NCBI GenBank assembly: GCA_000165345.1
Contig: CM000431.1
Coordinates: forward strand, 32,001 to 96,000
DNA length: 64,000 bases
Reading direction: 5' to 3'
Part shown: positions 1 to 9,834 of the stretch, piece by piece
Position numbering within the stretch: position 1 is the first letter of the stretch
How the letters are laid out: every line of letters begins with the position of its first letter
The notes under the pieces: generated by a model
The model's database searches: none
What the model saw: only the letters and a program-made list of their open reading frames with translations
What the model was told of the DNA's origin: nothing
Program-made: the position numbers and the translations under genes

Positions 1-2973
1 ATAGCTGAACTTCTCAGATCGCGTCTAACTTTTTTTTTTGAGCATTACCTTCCTGAAATCTTAGAATTTCTTCAGTATTGCTTGAATTATGAATATTGGA
101 TTGGAAATAGAAGCTTTGGAGTGCAAATACGTGATTCAGCATGTTATATAATTTGGAGCTTAGCTAGAGGGGTACCACCCAAAGTTTTAAAACCTTATTC
201 TAATAAAATAATATCATCAATTATACCTTTAACGGTATTTGATTCACAAATCAATGGTAGAAGATCATCTTGTGCTGCACTCCAAGAATTAATAGGTAGA
301 ATTGGAGGTGAAAATGTACCATTTGGAATTTCAATTGTAACAATTGCCGATTTCTTTAGTATTTCATCGATAAAATCTTCATTCCTTGATGTTTCAACTC
401 GAATTGGATCTTTGGACACAACGAATAATGATGATCTAGGATCGCAGGTATTACCAAATTATAAATTTAAAAAATATGGTAATTTGGAAGAATCAGAGAA
501 TTCAATATATCCTTTCGCAACAATCCTATCTGACTACCTTGTCCAAAATGTATTTATTCACCCCAATATTAAATTTAGGCTTTTATCAGCAATTGCCTTA
601 AGTAAACTGGTTCCTTATTGCCACCATTTTTGTTTTTTCAACATTCTTCCACATGTTTCAAAATTGAGTACAAGTCAAAACAATGGTGTTGATTTAAGCA
701 GTTGGAATAAGGATCTTAATATATTCAGTTCAAATAGTATCTTTAGACATTCATCATTACTAATTATTTCAGTCCTTATATCAAAAGGAAAAATACTAAA
801 ATCCAAGGGTATCACTTTTTGGGATTTGTTTGTTAAACCCATACAAAAGGATGAAAATACAAGGAATGGTTTTATTAAGGAGACTCCAATTTCCAAGAAT
901 TCAAATTTAATTCCTGCGGAATTCACATGGAGTGATTATATTAGAAACATCCCTATATTAATAGAGAAAGAAAGGTTATATAGAGGAAAAGGAGGCGATT
1001 TAACGAGGAAAGGAGTTCTCAATTTGATAGTTTCCTTATCTAAATCTACTGAAATTATTCAATTCAAGAAAGCTACATTTTCTAGATTCCTCCAAACAAT
1101 TTGCGAATCAATTAGACATTTAAGCTTTTCAATCCAGATTTCTGGATGCTCTGCATTAGATGCAATCATTAAGTGGAGAATGACAAAATCTAAAGATTCT
1201 CCAGAATTTCTTGAAATTAAGAAACTTTTGACAGATTTTGTTCAAGCTCTAAGCTCTGATACAACAGATATTCACATAATGGCTCTAAGAGGAATTATTC
1301 TTTCAATAGGTATTATCTTCCCTCATGTAGTGAATTTAATTGAAGAAACTTTGATTAATGATATTGCCAACTGCTTAGTTGGAATATTTAATAAAGACAA
1401 GTTAATCCTGAGCAATGATGAGGGGGCAAATAATACTTTAAACGAGCCCATAGAATCTTTTAATGAATTAATTTTTTCATCAAAGTACGATGTTGAGTGT
1501 AGAAGAAACTCGATTTGGTCGCTTGGAGTCATTTGTTATTGTATTATTGGTACTGAAATATCTTCAAAGAATATGATATTAGATCTATGTCATAATACTC
1601 TAGTTCAAGGTTGCTTTGATTATTCAACAGATAAAAGAGGTGATGTCGGATCATGGATTCGTGAGCTTTCAATGGAAACTATAGCATGCTTATATTACAA
1701 TAACGTATTTATAGATGACTCAAAGTATGAAAAAATCCTTCCTGCATTTGTATTCAATATATTCAACTATTCTGACAAGCTAAGAGTTAAAGCAATTTTA
1801 TTACTTTGGAAAATTTTGTACTTGCACTTTACAAACTCAGATTCCATACAAGGTAACTCCATTGAATACACGAATATAAATATGTACTGGATTTACTACC
1901 GTATTTTTCATGGAATTCCTTTTGAACTTTTTGAGATCTGTCAAATCAAAGAAATGAAAGAAATTAAGCTAGAGAACCTTTGTGAAAAGAATTCATTAAA
2001 ATACAGACTGTTTGAATCTTGCCAGCTTATCTTGCATGACGTACTTAAGGACTATGCACTGATACACAGTAAAAACTATATTGATGAACTTAAAACATTT
2101 TTCGCTACTAAAAGCAATCCACTTAACTTGGGATGTTATTATTTTGACATGTTAGACTCTATTGAAAAAGTCCCACACTCATTATATCCCTATCTAGACT
2201 TTGAAAACCAATTTTTATTTTGTCTTTCAAATAGAAATTTTCAAATCTTGTCAAGTTCCAGTACAAATATATTTAAAAACTGCCTTTTCCCATTTATCCT
2301 TGAAGAAAAACTGCAAAGGTCAGCCTTACTTGGATTAACAAACTGGATTAGTCATTCTTCTTCAATGAGTTCATCATCATCATCAATTAATCCCTACCAA
2401 GCCATAAACTATGAGCTAAATGTCTTTTTGAAGTCAACTAGTGATTTCTCTGCAGCTACCATTTCAATTTTCTATAATATTGAAAAACTTTTAAGGCTTC
2501 TTTCTACATGCAATCAAGATGCCGCCTTTTTATGCGGATGCATGACTTTGCATGTACTACAATTTATTTTGGTATTGCTTACGTGGGAAATTTTCCCGCA
2601 AGAAAAAACAGTCATGAGAGGGATTCTTACTACAATTTTACAGGTTCTAGGAAATACAAAAGATTTTCAAATAATTAAGATTTCTTCTGCGGTTTTGGTA
2701 CATTTTTCGTTTAGTATACAAGTATCAGAAGATGACGAGTTGGCTCAGAAAGCAATGGAATCTCTTTCAGACCTAGTTTCCCATCAATATCCTAATATTA
2801 GGGCATACACAACTGACTATATTTACAATAATGTGTGCCATATTCAGTCATCCAAAAAGATTGAGTCTATACTTGAGTATATTAGAGAAACAAACTGGAC
2901 ACAAAGTTATAGCAAAGAAGAGTTGGAGAAGATAAAAATACAATTTAGAGATTTGTGTCAGCTAGAAAATTAA
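1..2973 (+). CDS. TBCD: Tubulin-specific chaperone D (tubulin folding cofactor D), C-terminal ~990 codons. The 5' end lies outside the window: frame 1 is open from nt 1 and the track 'M' at 82 is a TTG
   Basis: [15 protein letters not shown]...[40 protein letters not shown] aligns with the conserved TBCD block VRDAACYVCWAFARAY...[57 protein letters not shown] aligns with DSRGDVGTWVR. HEAT-like helical repeats occur throughout. No stop between nt 1 and 82 in frame. Confidence 0.85.
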   Translation: [990 protein letters not shown]

Positions 2974-3163
2974 TACATACTTATGTGGGCTTAAATCGTA
3001 TCATTCAATAGCTTCTTTTTCGGGTATTAACATTTGTAATTAAAGAAGAATCGTCTCCGGCCATTATCTTGTACGTGTGTACACACAGAGCGTTGGAAAA
3101 TTTAAAGTTTAAAAATAAGTTTAATAACTAATTAATCATTTTAAGGGACCATAATATACAAAT

Positions 3164-4642
3164 ATGGTATTATTTCAATGGCAAAGTGAATATGAGTACC
3201 TTTTACATCGAATATGTGACTTGCTAGACCAGTGTAAACAAATGGGGTTTCTACACATTTCAACTGATTATAGAAATGTTTTTACTTCCAATTCAACATT
3301 CCAGAATTATATTTTAATTGGGAGTAGCTCAATGAGGGAGTTTATGAAAGAAATGATTGAGAAGATGACCCCTTTTTATACTCCAGGAATACTTAGTTAT
3401 TTAGCAGCTTGCTGCGTAGATGATATTAACTTGTCACATCTATTTTCTCTCCTTAGGCTTCACAATATTATGGAATATTACCCAAAATCAATAAACGAAC
3501 ACAAACAAAGAGCAACCATTCTAACGGCCATTTTTGGAGAGTTATATGCAATTAAAAATGATTTTGAGGAAGGGAAGCTCAAGCTCAATGATTTTAAAAG
3601 AGGTCATGTGAATAACTCGGAAAATGAACAAAGTATTGAATTACTGAAAATGACAATTAATCAACTTGGAGGGCTGATATTAGATTCAGGAAGAGATAGA
3701 GCAACATTTATTAAAGAGGCATTTTGCGCCCCTTCTTTTGCTCCCCCAAAGTCTGATATTTTTTCAATAAACAATGATGAATTACTTAATAATCACCTCC
3801 AAACACAGGTGATGGTCAACAGAGTTTCCAATGTTAATAAAGGTGATCCATTATTAGTTTCTGCCCTGCTCTGCGGTTCATCATTATCAATCTGGCAAAG
3901 AATTCACCTATTATATGATCCTGATAGAAATCAAGCCAAAGACTCTATTGTATATGCAGTTATATATGCAGCTCCACTTATGGATAGAATGAGACAGTTA
4001 GTATTCACATCTCTTCTCCAATCATTTTGTAGACCTCAGTGGTGTAATAGCCTTTTACCTCAGCTTTCAGACAAAATGAGAAGGTTCAACAATCAGAACA
4101 CTGAAATTATTCAGCTTATTGTTCGTGGATTTCTACTTTCTGGAGTGACTATTTGGTCATATGAATCTCCTCAGCAAATTTATGATATCAGTACATCATG
4201 TGCTCTTACTGCGAGGGAAAAGGATGCGCTTTTGAAAATCTTTAGACTGGTTGATGAAAAAGCTCTTGCCCAAGAATCTCTTGAAGAGTCATCGATTGCC
4301 CCCTCTTTTGAATCTGTCATTAGGGAACTTTCTAGGCAGTTTTATACTAGTTCAAATTGGGATATAGATGATACCGGGTTTGTTAAATCTCTAAATGAAA
4401 GGCAATCTTATAATAAACTAGGAAACTCCATTGAGGGCGCTCTCAAACTCGCTGAAACTGACTACGAGTTTATGCATCGCCCTCTCAATATTGTCTCCGA
4501 CAGAGTCAAGTTCTATCAAGCAATGCAGCACTTCCAAGCAAATCTGAATGACCCCCTGGCATCGTTTGAGTCTAAATCAGATGCATTGATACAACTTTCA
4601 TCATTTGAAGATATTGAGGCTAATTTATTTAATGTTAACTGA
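3164..4642 (+). CDS. Hypothetical protein, 492 aa, no family recognised
   Basis: Clean ATG-initiated 1.48-kb ORF. It lies 190 bp downstream of the TBCD stop on the same strand. Composition and codon usage match neighbouring genes. Confidence 0.5.
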   Translation: MVLFQWQSEYEYLLHRICDLLDQCKQMGFLHISTDYRNVFTSNSTFQNYILIGSSSMREFMKEMIEKMTPFYTPGILSYLAACCVDDINLSHLFSLLRLHNIMEYYPKSINEHKQRATILTAIFGELYAIKNDFEEGKLKLNDFKRGHVNNSENEQSIELLKMTINQLGGLILDSGRDRATFIKEAFCAPSFAPPKSDIFSINNDELLNNHLQTQVMVNRVSNVNKGDPLLVSALLCGSSLSIWQRIHLLYDPDRNQAKDSIVYAVIYAAPLMDRMRQLVFTSLLQSFCRPQWCNSLLPQLSDKMRRFNNQNTEIIQLIVRGFLLSGVTIWSYESPQQIYDISTSCALTAREKDALLKIFRLVDEKALAQESLEESSIAPSFESVIRELSRQFYTSSNWDIDDTGFVKSLNERQSYNKLGNSIEGALKLAETDYEFMHRPLNIVSDRVKFYQAMQHFQANLNDPLASFESKSDALIQLSSFEDIEANLFNVN

Positions 4643-4814
4643 ATTAATTAGAACATATTTATTAAAAAAAATGTTTAAATATACATCAACTTAATATATA
4701 AAATACTAAATATCTCTATTATATTCTATAAGCCAACCTCCCACATATTATTTACTTATTATTTTAAATTTCCTTTATCTTGTTAATTGACATAATTTAG
4801 CTTTGAATAATCTT

Positions 4815-4846
4815 TTGCATGCAGTCAGCGCCAACTATTTGGCGCC
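4815..4846. promoter_or_regulatory. Putative promoter element pair upstream of the 5073 gene: TTGCATGCAG and E2F-like TTTGGCGCC
   Basis: ttgcatgcag at 4815-4824 and tttggcgcc at 4838-4846, about 230 bp upstream of the ATG. The same motif pair recurs in other 5' intergenic regions of this window. Confidence 0.45.
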
Positions 4847-5072
4847 TGACGAGTAACGTAAATTTGTTATTAGGAGGGGTGATGGATTTAAAGGATACGA
4901 GGGAAAATAGAGAAATACTTTGTTTATTTAAAAAAAAAGACTACTCTTAAGAATTAATGAAGCATTAATGTGTGTGAGAAGTTTTTACTAAAAAGGTATA
5001 GTAGTGGTATTCTTTGATTTAGCTTGGAAAGAGAATCTGCTCTTGAAAAGGCTAAGGCAATAAGGGACTAAC

Positions 5073-7127
5073 ATGTACGCAAAAGAAGATTTTGGAAATG
5101 CGAATATAAGTCAATTTATTCGACTAAATAACCGGCTAAGAGCTAATGGGTTTTTATCAATACCGTTTCTTCCTGATTTAACTTCTCCTGCTAGATCTCT
5201 TATACTAAATAGAAACCAAGTTGAAGAAGATAATAATGAAGGTACAAATTATTTAAGATACGCAAACCCGGGAGTGAGATTATCAGAAAAATTGGTTCAA
5301 ACCTCAATGATCTCTCAGAATTTAAATGATGTAACTACGCCTCAGAATCTTTCACAAATTGGAGAAACAGAGAGGCAAAATGATAAGTTTGAAATCACTC
5401 CAGGTATTCGTAAGTATACTGATTCTGAATATTCTGGTTTAAACACAGATGATTTGAGAACTGTAGGTTCTATACTACATGGAATTTGTGCTGACAGAGA
5501 TAATTCATTTGAAAATGAACAAAATGTTAATTCTGTAACAGAAATTGCAAGAGAACACTCTGTATCTGGAAGAAATAAGATGGATTTTCCTTTTGATATG
5601 CCGTCAAATTATAGCTCTAAATATGGGATGAAACCTGATGGTAATTTTAGATTAGGGTCAAGTATTGAGCTTTCTTTCACTACTGAACAACCTGAATCCT
5701 TGTCTATGGCAGCTAAACCAGAATCTATTGAAACTAATCAAAGGTTAATAGTTGATGGAAACAAACTCATTTCAACTATTCACAATTTACTATATGAATT
5801 AGAATCTCGAGGTGAACACACTGTTGAAACTATAAACTCTGAAAGGTCACAAAAAAACGGACTTATAGAAAAGTTAAACCTCTTGAGAAGGAAATATGAA
5901 GCCTTAGAGAAAGAGAATGAATCTCTTAGAATGATAAATAGAGTTTTAACCGAAGAAGAACAATCTAATAGAAAAAATAGGGTTCAAGGTAGGGAAACCC
6001 CGCAAGGCTCTGCAATTAGCAAGTTAGAAAGAGAGAAACAGCAACTTCTTGTTGAAAATAGCCGACTAAAACAAGATATTCTAAAGCTTCAAGAGGATGA
6101 TGATAAGTCAAGAGATAAAGCTGATCAATTTTTGAGGTCTGTTAAGAACAATCTGGACAATGAAAGAGATTCTAACAGAGCCAGCACCTTCAACCATACG
6201 GGTACGAGCAGTAATATTAGTGGAACAACCTTAACAACTTTAGAAAAAAAGAAAATTCTTCAATCACACTACCTTTACTCAATAATTGTAGGATTTGAAA
6301 AATCGATCAGCTATTGGAAATTGCAAGCCAACGGACAAAATAACTTAGATTCTAAAAACGGGCAAGACTCATTTGAGGGTAATGAAACTAATTTAGGAAA
6401 TTCAAATGATACTATTTCTGAGAAATCCTTCTTTGAATTTTGTCAAGAAAATAATATTTCCACAAGTGAGTTAATGAAAAGAGACAAGAATCTTTGGACC
6501 AGAGGTCTTTATATGTTACAGAATACTGATAGATCTGAATTAGAAAGCATAGTTAGGTGGTCTTGTAGGCTACTTAATATATCAAACTTTAGAAACATTC
6601 CGATTCAAATTGGACAACTATTAGCCAAAAAGAGTACTTCAGCAACCCCGAAAATCACTCATATTTTCGAAAGTGCTTCATCCAAGAAAATTTCCTCCCA
6701 AAATAATAGCCAAGAAGTCATATCAATTGAACTACATGATCGTTTCTACAACCACTTTAAAACTCTATTTGATGTACTTGATGATCAAGACGTTATCCAA
6801 GCATCTAATGCAATATATATACAACTGAGAGATTTTAAGAAGTTTTTCAAAACTATTTGCTCAACTTTAAGTCTTGATTACAAAACCACCTCTCCCAATG
6901 AATGCCTAAAGATTCTCACTGATCTAATTAACATAAATCACTCAAAGAAAGCTCCAAATACTCAACCTCAGATCCAGTCTTTCCAAGAGAACTCTTCAAA
7001 TGTTCATAATATCATTGAGTCTCTTAAAATTGTTTTAGATGTTGATTCGAATGACCAGATTCTTCCCACTCTAAAGCAACACCTTGAGTCCCAATCTGCT
7101 ATTATTCTTTCTCTCTCAAAGAGCTAA
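5073..7127 (+). CDS. Hypothetical coiled-coil protein, 684 aa
   Basis: Long ATG ORF. Central region is E/K/R/L-rich with heptad-like stretches (LNLLRRKYEALEKENESLRMINRVLTEEE...QQLLVENSRLKQDILKLQEDDDKSRDKADQF). No recognisable catalytic motif. Confidence 0.55.
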   Translation: MYAKEDFGNANISQFIRLNNRLRANGFLSIPFLPDLTSPARSLILNRNQVEEDNNEGTNYLRYANPGVRLSEKLVQTSMISQNLNDVTTPQNLSQIGETERQNDKFEITPGIRKYTDSEYSGLNTDDLRTVGSILHGICADRDNSFENEQNVNSVTEIAREHSVSGRNKMDFPFDMPSNYSSKYGMKPDGNFRLGSSIELSFTTEQPESLSMAAKPESIETNQRLIVDGNKLISTIHNLLYELESRGEHTVETINSERSQKNGLIEKLNLLRRKYEALEKENESLRMINRVLTEEEQSNRKNRVQGRETPQGSAISKLEREKQQLLVENSRLKQDILKLQEDDDKSRDKADQFLRSVKNNLDNERDSNRASTFNHTGTSSNISGTTLTTLEKKKILQSHYLYSIIVGFEKSISYWKLQANGQNNLDSKNGQDSFEGNETNLGNSNDTISEKSFFEFCQENNISTSELMKRDKNLWTRGLYMLQNTDRSELESIVRWSCRLLNISNFRNIPIQIGQLLAKKSTSATPKITHIFESASSKKISSQNNSQEVISIELHDRFYNHFKTLFDVLDDQDVIQASNAIYIQLRDFKKFFKTICSTLSLDYKTTSPNECLKILTDLININHSKKAPNTQPQIQSFQENSSNVHNIIESLKIVLDVDSNDQILPTLKQHLESQSAIILSLSKS

Positions 7128-7217
7128 TTTAGCAATATTTTTTGTTCAAGTTACTCATTTCTTATATATCTACTAATTAATTTTTTTTTTTAATATTTTT
7201 CCTTATACCGGTGTTAC

Positions 7218-7265
7218 GCATGTTTAATTTGATTAATATGCTAAATTCATTAATTGGCGCCAAAC
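7218..7265. promoter_or_regulatory. Putative promoter elements upstream of the Rrp36-like gene: GCATGT and palindromic E2F-like TTGGCGCCAAA
   Basis: gcatgt at 7218-7223 and ttggcgccaaa at 7255-7265, about 115-160 bp upstream of the ATG at 7380. Confidence 0.45.
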
Positions 7266-7379
7266 CATAAATTAAGATTGCAGGAATGCAGGAAGATAAC
7301 TAAAAATAAGTTGAAAAAATAGGGGAAATTCAAAGTGGCATATTTCAAGGCTGTGAAAGTTTGTAATTAATCAAGAGCC

Positions 7380-8180
7380 ATGGATTTTGAAGATATTCCT
7401 TTTGAGGAAATTATAAGAAAAGAAAAGATAGCTGAGTCATTCGAAAAAAGAAAAAGTGCAGAATCAGAAAAAAAAAATGCCAATGGATCCTACAAATCAT
7501 GCAAAGAATTTGAGAAAAATGATGAAATCGATCAAAGACTCAAAAAATATGGAAGAATTACTTCAAAGAACTCTCCAATGGAAGTATCATCTAGAAGACA
7601 AATTTTACCAGAAAAACTAGAAAATGAAAGAAACTATATCAGAAATAAACATGACAGCTCAAAAAAAGGCAATGATCCTAGATTTAATGACTCTTGTGGA
7701 AAGCTCAACACTGACTTATTCCATAAATCATATGACTTCTTAGATGACATGAGACAAAGAGAATTTAATCAGATCAAGAATACATTAGATTTATACAAAA
7801 TTATGACCAAGTCTAAAGAACTTGGAACATGGAATAAAGTTAAGAAATCATCAAAATTTAAAAACTCTGATGTAAATCATCTTACTCAAGACCAAATTGA
7901 CAATCTCAAACTTAAATATCAGAAACTTGTTTCTGAAAAAGATCATAGAAAAAATCTTTACCTTAAACAGCAAACCATATCGCAACATAGAAAGCAGGAA
8001 CAAACTAAAATTGAATCAGGAAAGAAGCCATTCTTTCTTAAACAAAAAGATATCAATTTATCTATTCAACATGATAAATATAAAAATCTTAATAAAAAAC
8101 AAATATCAATGCTTGAACAAAAAATTAATAGAAAAAATGTCTCCAAGTTTAAACCACCAACTTCTCTTAGAAAAATATAA
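7380..8180 (+). CDS. RRP36: rRNA biogenesis protein Rrp36-like (DUF947 family), 266 aa
   Basis: RFNDSCGKLNTDLFHKSYDFLDDMRQREFNQIKNTL matches yeast Rrp36 [39 protein letters not shown]. The C-terminal KPFFLKQKDINLSIQHDKYKNLNKKQISMLEQKINRKN matches the KPF(Y/F)LKKSE...K(F/Y)..LKK...KFL..RRKKN signature. Basic, Lys-rich nucleolar-type composition. Confidence 0.75.
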   Translation: MDFEDIPFEEIIRKEKIAESFEKRKSAESEKKNANGSYKSCKEFEKNDEIDQRLKKYGRITSKNSPMEVSSRRQILPEKLENERNYIRNKHDSSKKGNDPRFNDSCGKLNTDLFHKSYDFLDDMRQREFNQIKNTLDLYKIMTKSKELGTWNKVKKSSKFKNSDVNHLTQDQIDNLKLKYQKLVSEKDHRKNLYLKQQTISQHRKQEQTKIESGKKPFFLKQKDINLSIQHDKYKNLNKKQISMLEQKINRKNVSKFKPPTSLRKI

Positions 8181-8302
8181 AAGATTATTACTCTCGAAAT
8201 CCTATATAGTTATTTTTAATTCATCATATTAATCAATTTGAATATATATAAGATTATATACTTTAATATTTCTATAATAGATACTTTTATACCTTCTCAT
8301 TT

Positions 8303-9075
8303 TTATTTCCTTCCGAGAATTCTTCTGAAAAATACATATATATTTGCTAACAATAGTACAAATATTATGAAATATAGCATCAGTCTCTCAATTACTTTCT
8401 GCTTGTATAATGTACTTGCCAATTTACGACTCTCCATGATATTATAATCTATATTATTCAAACCATATTTGCTTCTTGTCAAGTTATCCCTTTGAACTGT
8501 TAAAGTATTCAAAGAATATAATCCTATATGTTGTGTTTCCTGAGCTAGGTTTGCAGATATTCTTAAATTATCTTCATTCCTTTTCATCAAATCTTCTGTA
8601 GAAACTCCCATATTATATTCTTTTGTCGATGGTTTTAAATAATTCTGACCGTCATTACCACTAATGTTTGTACTCATATCCAACTCTTTATTAGAATAGT
8701 AACTACTAGCCATGCTCTCCTCTCTATATGTGTCAAACTTCCTATATATGTCTTCATATACTCTCTGATATCTTTGATACGATTGGTATTCAATCGAATT
8801 CTTAGATAACGTCATAACCTTAAAAAATAGTTAAACAAACTTAAAAATTGGAAATATAGACATTAAATTTAACTTACTTCATCTTTCAGTTGATCCAAAC
8901 ACTTCTTTGCATCCTGAAATCGACGTTCCAATATAGATATTTCATCCTGTGTAAATTTCTCCCCTCTTCCTCCATCTTCAATATTCACACATTTGAGCAC
9001 TAAACGTTCTATTCCTTGTATAACAGACAAAAACTCCTCTTCATATGACACAAAATACTCGGATGCTGACAACAT
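8303..9075 (-). CDS. Qb-SNARE (Vti1/membrin/Gos1-like), two exons: 9075..8878 and 8818..8303, with a 59-nt intron 8877..8819. Spliced product is 237 aa
   Basis: Track ORF 8869..9075 ends ...LKDE followed by GTAAGT (a canonical donor read through to a stop). The minus strand then shows TTTTTTAAG|GTTATGACG, and the acceptor joins in frame to the 8303..8815 ORF (...LDQLKDE|VMTLSKNSIEYQ...). The product has an N-terminal helical domain (SEYFVSYEEEFLSVIQGIERL, like the Vti1 N-terminus), a SNARE heptad motif (IGLYSLNTLTVQRDNLTRSKYGLNNIDYNIMESRKLASTLYKQKVIERL) and a C-terminal tail anchor (MLYFIIFVLLLANIYVFF). Confidence 0.7.
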
Positions 9076-9834
9076 TTATCAATATTGTTTAATACCTATT
9101 TATTCAATAATTTATATTAAGATCAATTCCCGCCAAAAATGTTTGTATTAATAAACTTTGCATGTATAAGAATTTGTTAAAATAATTATTAATTAAATTA
9201 TTATGAATAGTTCAACTTATATTTCTGATAGTATCCGTAGTCAAACAAAAGAGTATATAATCAACTTACCAAAATATATGAATTAATATTATAAAGAATT
9301 TCAACATTGAAATTTCCCACACTATTAACATTACAATCATAAATGTTTGCCATCTTGTATAGAATATTTGTGCCGTTATATGATCATTATTTTTATTAAT
9401 ATGGATTGAATTAGATCAATGAGTCCTTTCCTTGATTAAACTTGATTTTTATACTTATCCTCAAACAATTATAATGCGTAGTTACCCATAAAATGAAACA
9501 ATAATTTAAAATATTTTAAGCTCCAATTTATATTAACAAACTCTTATTCAAATTTTAGTAAGATAATTAATCGTTAAGCAATCATTTTAAGGGAATTAAA
9601 ATAATAACATTTAATTGAAATCCAGAATTGATATTTTCCGAATTAAAGGTCAATTTTGATTATTTGAAAAATTTTTGAAAATCGATATGAATAAATGATT
9701 GTTAGTACCAATTGAAGACGTTTGTAATTAAAAAAGAATAAATTGTAATTACTTATTAAACAAATATATATGTAATATATTTACAATATATTGATTTCTT
9801 CAATTTCAAACAATTGAAATTTTTTATTAATGAA

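Noticed and set aside
7897-8232. 111-aa + strand ORF overlapping the 3' half of the Rrp36-like gene in another frame
   Set aside because: It is an alternative frame of an AT/Lys-rich coding region. The Rrp36 frame carries the conserved signature and this one carries none.
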